A stretch of DNA of 44,781 nucleotides, counting the filler, from Catajapyx aquilonaris (Eukaryota), in assembly GCA_000934665.2 (NCBI GenBank). It is 2 parts of 2 records of this genome, joined end to end, with 100 filler letters (N's around TTAATTAATTAA, not from the genome) between each part and the next. Parts side by side here need not be neighbours in the genome. Positions count along the whole stretch, not along the records: positions 1 to 22,227 come from KZ539434.1; positions 22,328 to 44,781 come from JYFJ02005901.1. One strand, 5' to 3'. Below the pieces are notes generated by a model. That model worked only from the letters and a program-made list of their open reading frames with translations, had not been told where the DNA came from and made no database searches. The translations under genes were made by a program, and so were the position numbers. This document shows, piece after piece, positions 14,501 to 25,024 of the stretch (positions are counted from its first letter, which is position 1; each line of letters opens with the position of its first letter).

Positions 14501-15561
14501 TACACGTGGCATATCATTAGCCTGTTCATATAGAAGCGGACTGATCTAACTTGCAAAAAAATTCGATAGTCGGACACTATTAGAAGACTAGCACTAGGAG
14601 GAATTTCCAGTAGTGTGGTAGAGAGAGGAAAAAAGAAGTGCTTGGAAGGTTCCAAAAAAAAAAAAAAAAAGGCTGGTCGAATTCTTAATGGCAGTGGGAG
14701 ATGGTGGTCTTGGGTTTGTGCGCGAGGGAAATGGGCTGCAGGCGGCCATTTATGGGGGGCAGGAATCATTTAATCCCTGTGTCAACAGGGGCCACGGGGG
14801 GCACTTGGCCACGATGGGCAGGCGTCTAATGGACTTGCCGTGTAGGGCCCGCCTTGCAGCCAACCGATAAAACTCGGGCCCCGATAGCCTTCTCCAAAGC
14901 ACGCTGGACGCCACTAAACCTACCCCCCACCCTCCAACACTACCCTTTCCCACCTTCCCCCTCCAGCTACACCCTGGAAAATACCCCTTCCGGGAGGGAG
15001 GAGCCATGGGAAGTCATGAAAACTAAATCCCTCAACCTCTTCACCAACTAACTCACCACATCCACAATTTTCGATCCATAATCAGTTTTATATGGTAGAC
15101 CAAATCAGCGATTGTTGCACCAGGCCCATCATGTGTGACCTATAAAATTTGTAAGAATTTGGAGTCATAAGAAGAAGAAAAAAATCGATTCCTTGCACAC
15201 GCTACAATCCTAATTATCCAGCCAAGGCCCCGAATTGGAGTTGGGCCAAAGAGACGTATAGAAACAAGGTGGAAGACCTCTGGCTTTCAGTCGATGACGA
15301 GGCCGGGAAAAGGCCGCGGCAGTATTGTCTGGTCGACACGGACGCACCATAATTAGCATTGTTTCACTGGCCTTTTGTTGGAGGCAGCCAACGCATGCAA
15401 GAGACCCATGCTCGTCTCCCCAGGGCCCTCGTCAAATCCCACCCGCTCAACTCTCCCGCCCGCCCTTTCCAAATTCACAAAGTCACTTGCTAGTCGGTTT
15501 CAAAGCACCAATCTTACTGCGACATCTAGGAACAACGTCTGGTCGCACCTCCAGTTGTAGA

Positions 15562-15698
15562 AACGTGCTCCTGCCATATAGGCAACGTGCTCCTGCCATA
15601 TAGGCAACTGCTCCTGCCATATAGGCAACTGCTCCTGCCATATAGGCAACTGCTCCTGCCATAAAGGCAACGTGCTTCTGCCACATAAGCAACGTGCT
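15562..15698. repeat. 21-22-bp minisatellite, ~6.4 copies
   Basis: Unit aac(g)tgctcctgccatataggc repeated head to tail. Confidence 0.95.
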
Positions 15699-18600
15699 GT
15701 ACAACAGAGGCATATAGGTTATCTAACTACCAGGATAACAAAAAAAAAAAGTTCGGTAGCACAGTACTTATAGGGGTCATTACAGAGCGATGTCCCATTT
15801 AAACCCTTTCGTATATGGGCCTCATAAGGAAGCGGTTGAAATCGCTCAACATAACGACCATTCAATTTTACCGCACGGAACGGGCATCATCCGGGCCAAG
15901 ATGGCCATCATTCGGCGAAACTAAATGACGCCATCCGAAATAATATTAACCGACATGTTTCTAAACCAGATCTGTCCTCAGCAGGTGAAAGGGATCAACA
16001 ACTTCTGGCCAAACGGAATTTCTGAAGGAAACGTAGAGGGGTTCTCCCTTCTTGACCACCCATCCATTCCACTCGAGGTCTTCCCATCCCCTATCGAGCA
16101 GGCAAGCGTGGAAGAAAAAGAAGATTTTTTTTTTTGAGAAAGAGGGGGGCATGGATCTGTCAGTTGGCTGGACCACAATCATGTCAAACTATGGGAGGTG
16201 ACACCGCGACAGGGTACGGGTCCTATCCAGCCAGCTAGCCAACCATCGAGAGCATCAGATTCACTCCACGGCCCTTACCAGCCCTGATTCAGCTCTTTCG
16301 CTTCGTTTCTCCTGACCCACGGGTCATTAAGGCCACTTCTGCTCAGATTCACTTTTTATAGTCTACAGGAGGGTAGAGCTGATGGACTCCCTTTAAGCAA
16401 CAAGAGCAACTGCAGTCTAAAGGCTATAGCCGGACATTACTGTAGGCGATGTAACTATCGAGATTTTTTTTTCCAGATGTTTATACACGTAATGATTCAG
16501 TGATTCGGGTTGTACACCTGTGCAGTCAATTACATACACGCTACATTATTTACAGACACAACACACCGGGGCTCGAATAAAATAAATACTCGACCACTTT
16601 TAATTAGCTGTATTTAAAAGATTCTGGCGCAAAATAATATACAATTATCTAAAACAACAATGTCAGTGGATGGATTCCCAGAGAAAAATTTTGCCTCTCG
16701 GAAAGGAGTACGTACGTATCCAATAATTAATGGTAATGTGGCTTATAATAACCCGAGGTGGGACAACATTATGCAGACATGCTTAATTATGTGATTACCT
16801 AAGGCAAGGTAAATATTATTCAAAGAGTTGTGGTCTACCGGTTATGACTGGCATGCGAGCTATTTGAGGCATTTCAAATAGGTCAGCCTTTAAATGACAA
16901 AACGTTTAACTAGAATAACACATCCCCGTAATAGTATTTGCATCGAAGCGTGTTCCACCAAAAACGATATGTGCAATAAAGCAACACCAGAGAAAACGTG
17001 ACATCCCCACCACTATCACTAGCCCTATCACGCGCGTGCAGTTAAGCAGGCCCACAACAAGAGCCCTGCAATTATTATTTATCCTCGTCAAAAGCATAAT
17101 TCACCCTGCTATCTGTGCAGCATTCTCTCCTTAATCATACTTTTCGCACATGCAAAATAGTCATTCCTCAAGTGTTCCGTGCCAAATCCCCCAGGCCCAA
17201 AACGGACAACTGGTTACACAAGAGGTAACGAATGGTCACCGGTGCGCTCCACAGTAGCTCCAGCGTTGACAAAGACCCTTTCATGTCCCTCCCCCAAACT
17301 ATCTGATAGCCCCCGCTTATTTCCACTAGCTCCAGCCACCTCTCGCATCAATTTTTTTTTAGCTCCAAAAAAACGGTGCCGGGCCCAGGGGGCGATATCC
17401 CCCCCTACTTCCTTGGCAGTATTTACCAAACGTAGGTAAGTTAATTAAGTATGCAGCGAGGCAAAGTAAGCCAAGTGAACCAATTAGATTTGGGGAGCCT
17501 GGCTTCTGCTGGAAAAGCGCCCAACTCTCCTCACGCCAACACCACTTCCAAACTCGCGATTTATTTCCTCCTTTCCCACTCCGTACTGGCTCAGAGTGGA
17601 AATGGCGACGACACTTTTACATTGGCCAATGTTGCACATTGTTTTCATTTTTCAGCCCTATGCACTGTTGGCTCCTGATTCCTCTTTTAGTCGGATTAAC
17701 CAATCGTTTGGTGCAATCAAATCCACCTACCAACAGGGGGCCCAGGCTGCCCTTGAAGGCTGGTTCCACATTAAGCCAACAATTAGATATTGCAGGATTA
17801 AATCAAGCGTCGCTATTCAGGCAAAAAAAAAAAAAAATCATTATTCATAGCGAGTTGGTGGGGAGTAGAGAATGGCCTAATCGCCAGCAAATTATTTTCG
17901 GACCAGTTGTTGCTCCAACAAGCGCACTTCCCATAACAATACACACCACTTTCCGTTCCTATTTATGAACCCCCCCCCAGCTGCAAATACTGCCCCCCAC
18001 ACACCTCCAACCTGCCCATTCAGTCATAGTCCAGCAATAGCCTGCCAAACTCCCTTTCTCTGGACATTACGCCGGTTGTTGTGCCGGCTGAAAGCTTCTC
18101 TTTTCAACCCAAAAATAGTTCAGAATAGTGGCTATTTGACAGCTTCAGCCATAAGCTGGATATAGGTAAGAGAGGAGTTTTTTTAAAAAAATTGTCCTTC
18201 TCCTTTCCCCAGACTGTCTGCCATAAATTGGCCGCATAGTTGTTGCTTCAACATGAGGCGAAAGGATGCCCGGAATTCCCTGCGTCTATCTCCCCTGGGC
18301 CGCAATGAAGTTTTCTTTGGGCAAACACAACCAGACGGAGCCTGATCCGCCATCATCCATCTCAGCAGCCATGTTTACCTTTCATCGCAATTCGCAGCCT
18401 CCGCACCAAAACACGCCCTATCACCACCCGACACACTTCCTCCACTTATAACCGCACCATAACACCAACATGAAACGCACATATTCCGCCATATTTATTG
18501 CACCAAGCTTGTGTCCAAATGGTGCGGATTAATTCATGCGTGAGGACCCTCGTTAGACTAGGATTGCAAATTTTAACGTCGGAGTAGCGTGGGGGCTGGG

Positions 18601-19010
18601 CTTTGCACGCACTCTGCAAAACCGCTCTTTCTTTGCTGTTATAAATGCAGTGTTAGTATCTGCGAAAGTCTGGCACGCACACATTCCATCCGTCCAAATT
18701 AATATTTGGAGGAGAGCCTTGCTTCCGGCTACCAATTTACTTTCGGCGGCTTGGATTACGGATTCATTCCAACATTCAACGTCTTCTTTATTCAAAAGAT
18801 GTCATCAAGGTATACGCTACTATAGGTAATCATAGCGCTACGTTTAGGAGTAATTATCCGGCTAATTTGCAAGTATGTTGTAACGTGCCCTCACCAGATG
18901 GCCTGCGCGCGCCTGGGAACGCTCTTTTGTAGAGACAGTCGGGTTTTGGACCTGGTTCGGGCTGGTATAATAAACGGTTGCGCCGTACCCGTTGTATTAT
19001 TGTACCACAG

Positions 19011-19338
19011 TAGTTAGAAAAATCGGAGTCCCATACTTTTGGTAGGGTAACCACATCGGCGTCCCATACCTATTCGGATATAGTAGACCAGAGTCCCACG
19101 CTAGATAATCCCTCACAATATTTTAACGACTTTGACAACTTTTAACGAAAATTATCGTCTCAACGGTATAATAGTCGTTACTCTTCTTGACGTGAAATTA
19201 ACGTTAAAAATCGTGAAATTGATGTTCAAAATTTGTTAAATCATCTGGCGTGGGACTCTGGTCTACTATATCTGAATAGGTATGGGACTCCGATGTGGTT
19301 ACCGTACCAAAAGTATGGGACTCCGATTTTTCTAACTA
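19011..19338. mobile_element. MITE/foldback element with 96-bp inverted arms
   Basis: 19011-19106 vs reverse complement of 19243-19338: 92/96 identical. Each arm has three gtccca(t/c) sub-repeats around an AT-rich spacer. Superfamily not assignable. Confidence 0.8.
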
Positions 19339-20735
19339 GACCACGACCCCGAGTGACCTTTCGGGGCCAGGGGGATGACTTGAGGGGGTGAACCCTCACA
19401 ATATTTACATGGCTGCCCAATGAGAAGTTCATATTCCGGGTTGTGTACTGTTGGTCAGTTGACTATCTGACCATGTGAACATGGCGGCACTTTGGGGTAC
19501 ACCCCCATACGTGGCATGGTCTCTGATAGCTGGTCCGTTGATTTCCTTTCAGAGCGGGGGGCCATCGTGCTGCCACTAAATTGAGGATTTTGTTTGCTGC
19601 AGGTTAATGGGCCCGATCGAACCACCGGATCCACCTTTTACGAGGTCCCAACACGCCCACCTCCCAAATACGAAACCTGCAAGGCACCCCAATAGCCCAC
19701 CAGATACCCGAACGCACCTGAACACAGCAAAAAAAATAAATAACGACGCTTATTAGTGTCAAGCCCGGTCGTTCCTTCAACATTGATGGATCTGTCATAT
19801 ATACGCTGTCAAGACGCGTCATGCCGGACTCCCAATATAGGGAGCGAGGGTAGCAGTGCATTCAACTCGCACGGAATAAACGACGTGGAAGGCTAACGAC
19901 CATATCACATACAGAAGGCCCGGTTTCCCCTCGGCCAATGTCTGCTGCCACTCGGACCCCCCTCTCGTTATCAAGGCTTTTCTCCTGTTATTGACAAGGA
20001 AAGCTAAGGAAAAATGAGGACGCCCCCCCTCCCCCCTCCTCGGGTCTCAAAAGGAAGGAATCCGATTGACACTCACTGGAGCCCTGCCTTGGATAGTTAC
20101 GTACACGTTGCCTGCTTTAGAACCAACCCCCTCTTGGAACACTCCCGAGGCCACCACAAAAATGGATTTCCAACCTAATGGCCTGCAGGCTCTTCCCCCC
20201 CCCCACAGAACTTTCATTTCGCACAAAAATGGTGTCCGTAATGACGTGCCATCATCGCATTCTCGAGATGACGCGCCACTTTTTCTTCTGCCATTGCAAC
20301 TGAAACATTACCATTCGCTGCGGGTACAAACATTGTCAGCATCATATATAATCACCTGGGATCAACGTTCGCCGCCTTCTTGCAGGTGCTTTTTCGGAAT
20401 AATCCCCCGGACTTTCTAAGTTCCTCAGGGGAAAGTTCGGTGAAATGACACGAGAATGACAGCACTTTGAAGTCTGACTTTGATAGACCCTGGGTGGAAA
20501 TTGCCTAGCAGCCAGGATGAAAGGCCGTTTGGGGGGAAGCGGAACAGCCCCCAGGACTACGACATCTTTAATGATCTTTTAGGAGTCCCCGGTACTTAAC
20601 TCACCAGTGCCCAAGCATACTGATACCCAATTCCTGAAAAGTATACCAAAGAGCTTTTTGCATACAGGCTGTGATGCAGTCAAAGGAGTAGGAAAAAAGT
20701 TATTGACAGCCTGTCATTTTACCTTGTGACGCTCC

Positions 20736-20749
20736 TCACTAGAGGGCAG
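20736..20749 (+). promoter_or_regulatory. CTCF-like motif
   Basis: tcactagagggcag matches the CCASYAGRKGGCRS consensus at 13/14; motif match only. Confidence 0.35.
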
Positions 20750-20825
20750 TAGCGTCTGGGTGTGGACCACCTCTTTTGTAGGGAGAGTCGTGAAACGGCC
20801 TGACTGCATGGTTGCACCTGTTGTA

Positions 20826-21097
20826 CAGTGTTGGACATTAATCGCGTCGTACTGCTAGCGACATTTTTCGATGCGGCAGACGTGCAAATCGAAATGATAG
20901 AGTGCGAGCCATGGTCATAGAATACTAAGGTCTGGACACTCCCACCTATACCCTAGAGGTAGTGTACGGGGGCTGGTGCGAGCCATGCGACCCAAGGCCT
21001 ACCTTTTCTGATTCGCACGGCTCGCACTCTATCACTTCGATTTTCACGTCTGCCGCCTCGAAATATGTCGCTAGCAGTATGAAGCAATTAATGTCCA
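20826..21097. mobile_element. Tc1/mariner-type MITE, CAGTGTTGGACATTAAT family (right end truncated)
   Basis: Starts TA-CAGTGTTGGACATTAATCGC; 79-bp inverted arms 20832-20910 / 21019-21097; same terminus as copies at 23402 and 36933. Confidence 0.8.
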
Positions 21098-22227
21098 TGG
21101 GATGACCTGAGGAGGTCACAACTCCCTATAAGACAAAAGCTTCACAAACGTCACTGCGGGTGTTTCCCCCCGCAGATGGAATCCATTTCGTTCTTGGACC
21201 ATGCAATGGATTCATTCCCAGCTCCAGACTAATTTGCGCTACTTCTTCCACTAAGGACATAAAAGTGTCGGGGGAACAACCGTAAGGGAAATGTGACAAA
21301 CGACCCGCTTGACTCTCCAACTTTTACGCTTGCAAGAGAGGCGGGAATAATACTAATAATAAAAAAAGGAACAGGGGAGAGACCGAGGGAAGGTTTTTGG
21401 AAAGGGGGGCTGAAAGTATTATCCGGAGGCTTGTGGTGAGAAACAGGAGGAGAAAACTTTTCGGACAGTCCTCCCCTGAAAAACGAGGCTCAGTCTGGCG
21501 AAAACTTGCAAAATGGGCATACGCGGTTTGTTGTAGCCGCTTGGATTTTGTCAGTTATAAGCCGGATAGCCAAATAAGAACCGGGAGTTGGAAGCGAAAA
21601 AAAAGGGCGTGGTATTAGTTACGATCAATGGTGTGCTGGTAGACGTCAGCTTGTTCCATTCGTTTTAATTCTGGAAGGCAGGCGTGAGGTGGGGGGGGGG
21701 GGTTGGGTGGCCAGTTCTAGGGCCAGGCTCAGCTTCCTTGGCGAGTGCCTCTGAAAATAAATTCCATTTCCCCTGTCGACCACACTCCATTTCCTCCTGA
21801 CTTTCTTACACGCGCCTTCACACCTTTATACCAAACACTTCTTGAGGAAGAAAAAAAAAATCATGGAATATTTCTAGGCAATTATAACTCAGGCAAGGTT
21901 TCATACTGAAGCCATACACAACTTGCATGCATGAAAAAAAAGAGCCTATGATATGAACTTAACGAGATCTTTTGGTCCCGTCCTGAACGATGACCATCCT
22001 TCTAGGCCCCCCCTCCACCCACCCTACTCCGTAAGACGTTACTTCATTTTCCGCAAGTCGGTTCCAAATTCCGAAAGATGAAATGAAAAGAGAGCCGAGA
22101 TCAAGAGAAGGAAATCCAATCCCAGACCTGATTTTTTCCCCTTTCCCTTTTCATCCCCCCACCTCCTTCCCACCCCCCCCCTTTTTTTTAAAAAAAAAAA
22201 GAAGTTCAGGGAGACGGGTGGAAAGTA

Positions 22228-22327
22228 NNNNNNNNNNNNNNNNNNNNNNNNNNNNNNNNNNNNNNNNNNNNTTAATTAATTAANNNNNNNNNNNNNNNNN
22301 NNNNNNNNNNNNNNNNNNNNNNNNNNN
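22228..22327. other. Artificial contig-joining spacer
   Basis: Exactly 44 N + TTAATTAATTAA (22272-22283, stop codons in all six frames) + 44 N = 100 nt. Confidence 0.95.
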
Positions 22328-22482
22328 AACAGAAGGGACGAGTCTTGCCATCCCGATCCTTCGGAAGGTGAACCCGCTCTAGGGGGCCAGCCTGTGAATC
22401 ATCGTTGGACTTATTTCAATACTTTACATCAATTATTCCAGTCCATGCAATACCTAAGGTATGCCCGGGTATGCCCTACCCA

Positions 22483-22543
<61 letters not shown>

Positions 22544-22792
22544 GCTGCTGCTGCTGCTGCTGCTACTAGTATATTAATTTTTCCCAATGCAAGTTGCACT
22601 GATTGAGTTTGAAGGGTCAATAAAGTGCAGAATTTACATGAGTTGATGGACACAAATGTTCCCTCAAAAGTGTACGACCATTTGTTCGTCCCTGCGGCTC
22701 TTAACCTGTATGAACAACTCGAACAGGAGTTCCTCGGTGGCCTCCTCCGACAGATTCCCGCAGTACAAGGTCCGGTCCTTGTCGCTGTCCAT
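22328..22792 (-). CDS. RBM7: RBM7/RBM11-family RRM protein (NEXT complex subunit), 5' partial
   Basis: Exon 1 22792-22706 MDSDKDRTLYCGNLSEEATEELLFELFIQ (donor gttaag). Exon 2 from 22391 (acceptor cacag) AGPLERVHLPKDRDGKTRPFC, running into the gap. Matches the RBM7 N-terminal RRM signature DRTLxxGNL...TEELLFELFxQAGP...PKDxDGK. Confidence 0.88.
22483..22565. repeat. Compound (TAT)n(GCT)n microsatellite in RBM7 intron 1
   Basis: ~20 tat units followed by ~7 gct units. Confidence 0.95.
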
Positions 22793-23058
22793 CTTCTGCT
22801 CCGACCACCTCAGCCTTGGGAAGAAGTTTGGAACAGTCAGAGACTATCTTACAAAATGCAGCAAATGCCAGCGATTTCCATATAAACTTTTACATTCTAG
22901 TCGGCAGGTGTCGCATCAATTTGTGACAAACCTTTGGTCGCCAGGGTCGCCAGGTGGCAGGAGTGAGCTAATAAAGATGGCGGCGCCCATGATCCTTGCG
23001 GTGTGACTCTAATTACTTCAATTACTGGCTCATTACTGCCTCATATTTCGCATTTGGC
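22793..23058. promoter_or_regulatory. Putative bidirectional promoter and first exons of RBM7/MTERF4
   Basis: Head-to-head genes; CTCF-like tcgccaggtggcag 22947-22960; YY1-like aagatggcggc 22974-22984; strong donor GTAAGT at 23059. Confidence 0.6.
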
Positions 23059-23089
23059 GTAAGTGGTATAGTGTACATATTTTACGTAA

Positions 23090-23400
23090 TAAGTACACAA
23101 GTACTAAATGTATGGTATGGACCAGGGAACAATTAATATTAAGTAATAAAATGCCGTAAATAATGTATGTACTTCATGTGCACAAATACTTAATGTACAT
23201 ATTTATGGCATGTACACAAGTACTTCAATATCATGTGCACATTTACGTCATGTACACAAGTACTTCAATATCATGTACACATTTACGTCATGTACACAAG
23301 TACTTCAATATCATGTGCATAAGTACACAAGTACGTGTACTTAATGAATAGCATGGACTGGGGAACTATTAATATAAAGTAATAAAATAAGTACACAAGT
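23090..23400. repeat. Degenerate tandem repeat (40-bp core unit) in MTERF4 intron 1
   Basis: catgtacacaagtacttcaatatcatgtgcacatttacgt x ~2.5-3, plus a ~65-bp block repeated at ~23091 and ~23321. Confidence 0.85.
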
Positions 23401-23401
23401 A

Positions 23402-23459
23402 CAGTGTTGGACATTAATTGAGGCATACTGCGGTATGCCTCGATTAATGTCCGACACAG
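23402..23459. mobile_element. 58-bp minimal Tc1/mariner-type MITE (hairpin)
   Basis: 27-bp arms (24/27 complementary) around a 4-nt loop, TA on both sides; removing it and one TA restores the local repeat unit gtacacaagtacttca. Confidence 0.8.
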
Positions 23460-23535
23460 TACTTCATGTACATAAGTGGTTTAGTGTACGTACAATAAAC
23501 AATGCTGGAGTATGATGTACAATTTTGTATTTCAG

Positions 23536-24465
23536 ATGATGAGCCTTAAAATGATGCGTACACTACTGATGGTGGGCAGAATGTCCAGGGTGACGTCAAC
23601 ACCGATGCGGCTTTCCTCCAGCGTGCCTGGAACCATTTCCAGTTTGCGCAGCAGCTCAGATGCCGATGTGGACAAGGTGTGCGCCAATGGGATGGAGCGT
23701 TTCAAGACATCAACAGCGAACGAAATGACTGAGATACTCCTCAATTACGGTTGCCCTCCAAACGATGTGGCAGAGGTCATCAAGTTGAGTCCGCATCTCC
23801 TGTCGTCGCCGCCCAAGAAGGTCCAGGCAGTTCTGCAAGTTCTACAGGAAAATGGGTTTTCTCCAGAGCAGTGCATCCAGTTTGTGTCGCTTAATTTTGA
23901 AGCAATCCAGTTGGAGTTGGACACCTTCAAGGAGATTCTGGACGAATGGAGGGAGATCGGGATAAGCGAGAAAAATGTAGCTCAACTCCTATCAGAATGG
24001 CCCAATCTGTTCCAGGAAGACATCAGGAACGTTAGGAGAAGAATACATGAATTCAAACTGTACTTTGACACCGGAAAGATTTTTCGTATTCTTCTGGCAT
24101 GCCCAAATGTCATCACCGAAAAATGGGAGGACATTGAAGAAAAACTTGATTACATGTCTGACGAGATGATCATAACCAGAATGGACATTCAGAAGACAGA
24201 AGCCTTGCGTCACTCCCTGAATCACATCAAACTACGGCACACTTTTATGACCAGGGCTGGCCTTTACAAGCGTCCCAACCCCAAATCCACCGTCCCTACA
24301 AAAAACCCAAGCCTTTCAAGCATAGTATGCGCCGACGACCAAGAGTTTGCAACAAAAGTGTGCCACATGACACTAGAGGAGTACTTGGTCTTCCAAGAAA
24401 TGTACAACCTGGAACTCGAGGCAGAATACATGTCGGACTCAGACTCGGACACTTACTCCGAGTAA
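23536..24465 (+). CDS. MTERF4: Mitochondrial transcription termination factor family protein, MTERF4-like (~309 aa)
   Basis: Single coding exon after acceptor ttgtatttcag (23535). R/S/L-rich N-terminus resembling a mitochondrial presequence; mTERF helical repeats (xxPxLL). C-terminal KLRHTFMTRAGLY...NPSLSSIV..DDQEF...TLEEYLVF plus acidic tail, as in MTERF4. ATTAAA at ~24510. Start could alternatively be 22977 (see findings). Confidence 0.85.
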   Translation: MMSLKMMRTLLMVGRMSRVTSTPMRLSSSVPGTISSLRSSSDADVDKVCANGMERFKTSTANEMTEILLNYGCPPNDVAEVIKLSPHLLSSPPKKVQAVLQVLQENGFSPEQCIQFVSLNFEAIQLELDTFKEILDEWREIGISEKNVAQLLSEWPNLFQEDIRNVRRRIHEFKLYFDTGKIFRILLACPNVITEKWEDIEEKLDYMSDEMIITRMDIQKTEALRHSLNHIKLRHTFMTRAGLYKRPNPKSTVPTKNPSLSSIVCADDQEFATKVCHMTLEEYLVFQEMYNLELEAEYMSDSDSDTYSE

Positions 24466-25024
24466 AAAAAATATTGTAAAGAAAGTAGCATGTAATGTAA
24501 TTGTGATCAATTAAATACATACTGATATGCCTTTGTACATTTAATGGTGGTTATTTATTTGTACTCATCATATGATTTGGCCGAACATAATGTTGTTGTT
24601 TTTTTAAATATATTTATCCAGATATGCCTAAGGATTAATTTCCTATTTAGTATTTAATTTGGAGAAAACCGTACTCAAATTATAGCCAATTCCTCTTATG
24701 ACTTGTTAATTATTATGTTAATTTTGAGAAGTTGTAGTAATTTAAATATAATTTAATCAGCTTCTGGATTCCGCCTGAGGCATTTATATCAGCTCCCTAT
24801 CCAACCCTCTGGAAGTCTCCCCAATCATCAATCATGCCGTGTTGCCCCTTCTGTAAAGGAAATCAATGCAGCAGGAGTCATGGCCTCTAAATGTGGCATC
24901 GTTGGGGTATCCTGGGGGAGCAAAAAGGGGATGGGTGGGCAAACCCAGCCAAGGGGAAGAAGAAGAAGAGGAAGGGAAAGGAAGAAGAAGCTAGGCAATG
25001 GAGGCATAGCACAGGTGCACATCC

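Noticed and set aside
15562..15698. CRISPR-like array
   Set aside because: Units are contiguous with no unique spacers, there are no cas genes, and the context is eukaryotic.
1..22227. Many 60-180 aa ORFs in the left half
   Set aside because: Low-complexity, overlapping on both strands, no recognisable domains or exon chains; consistent with random ORFs in eukaryotic non-coding DNA.
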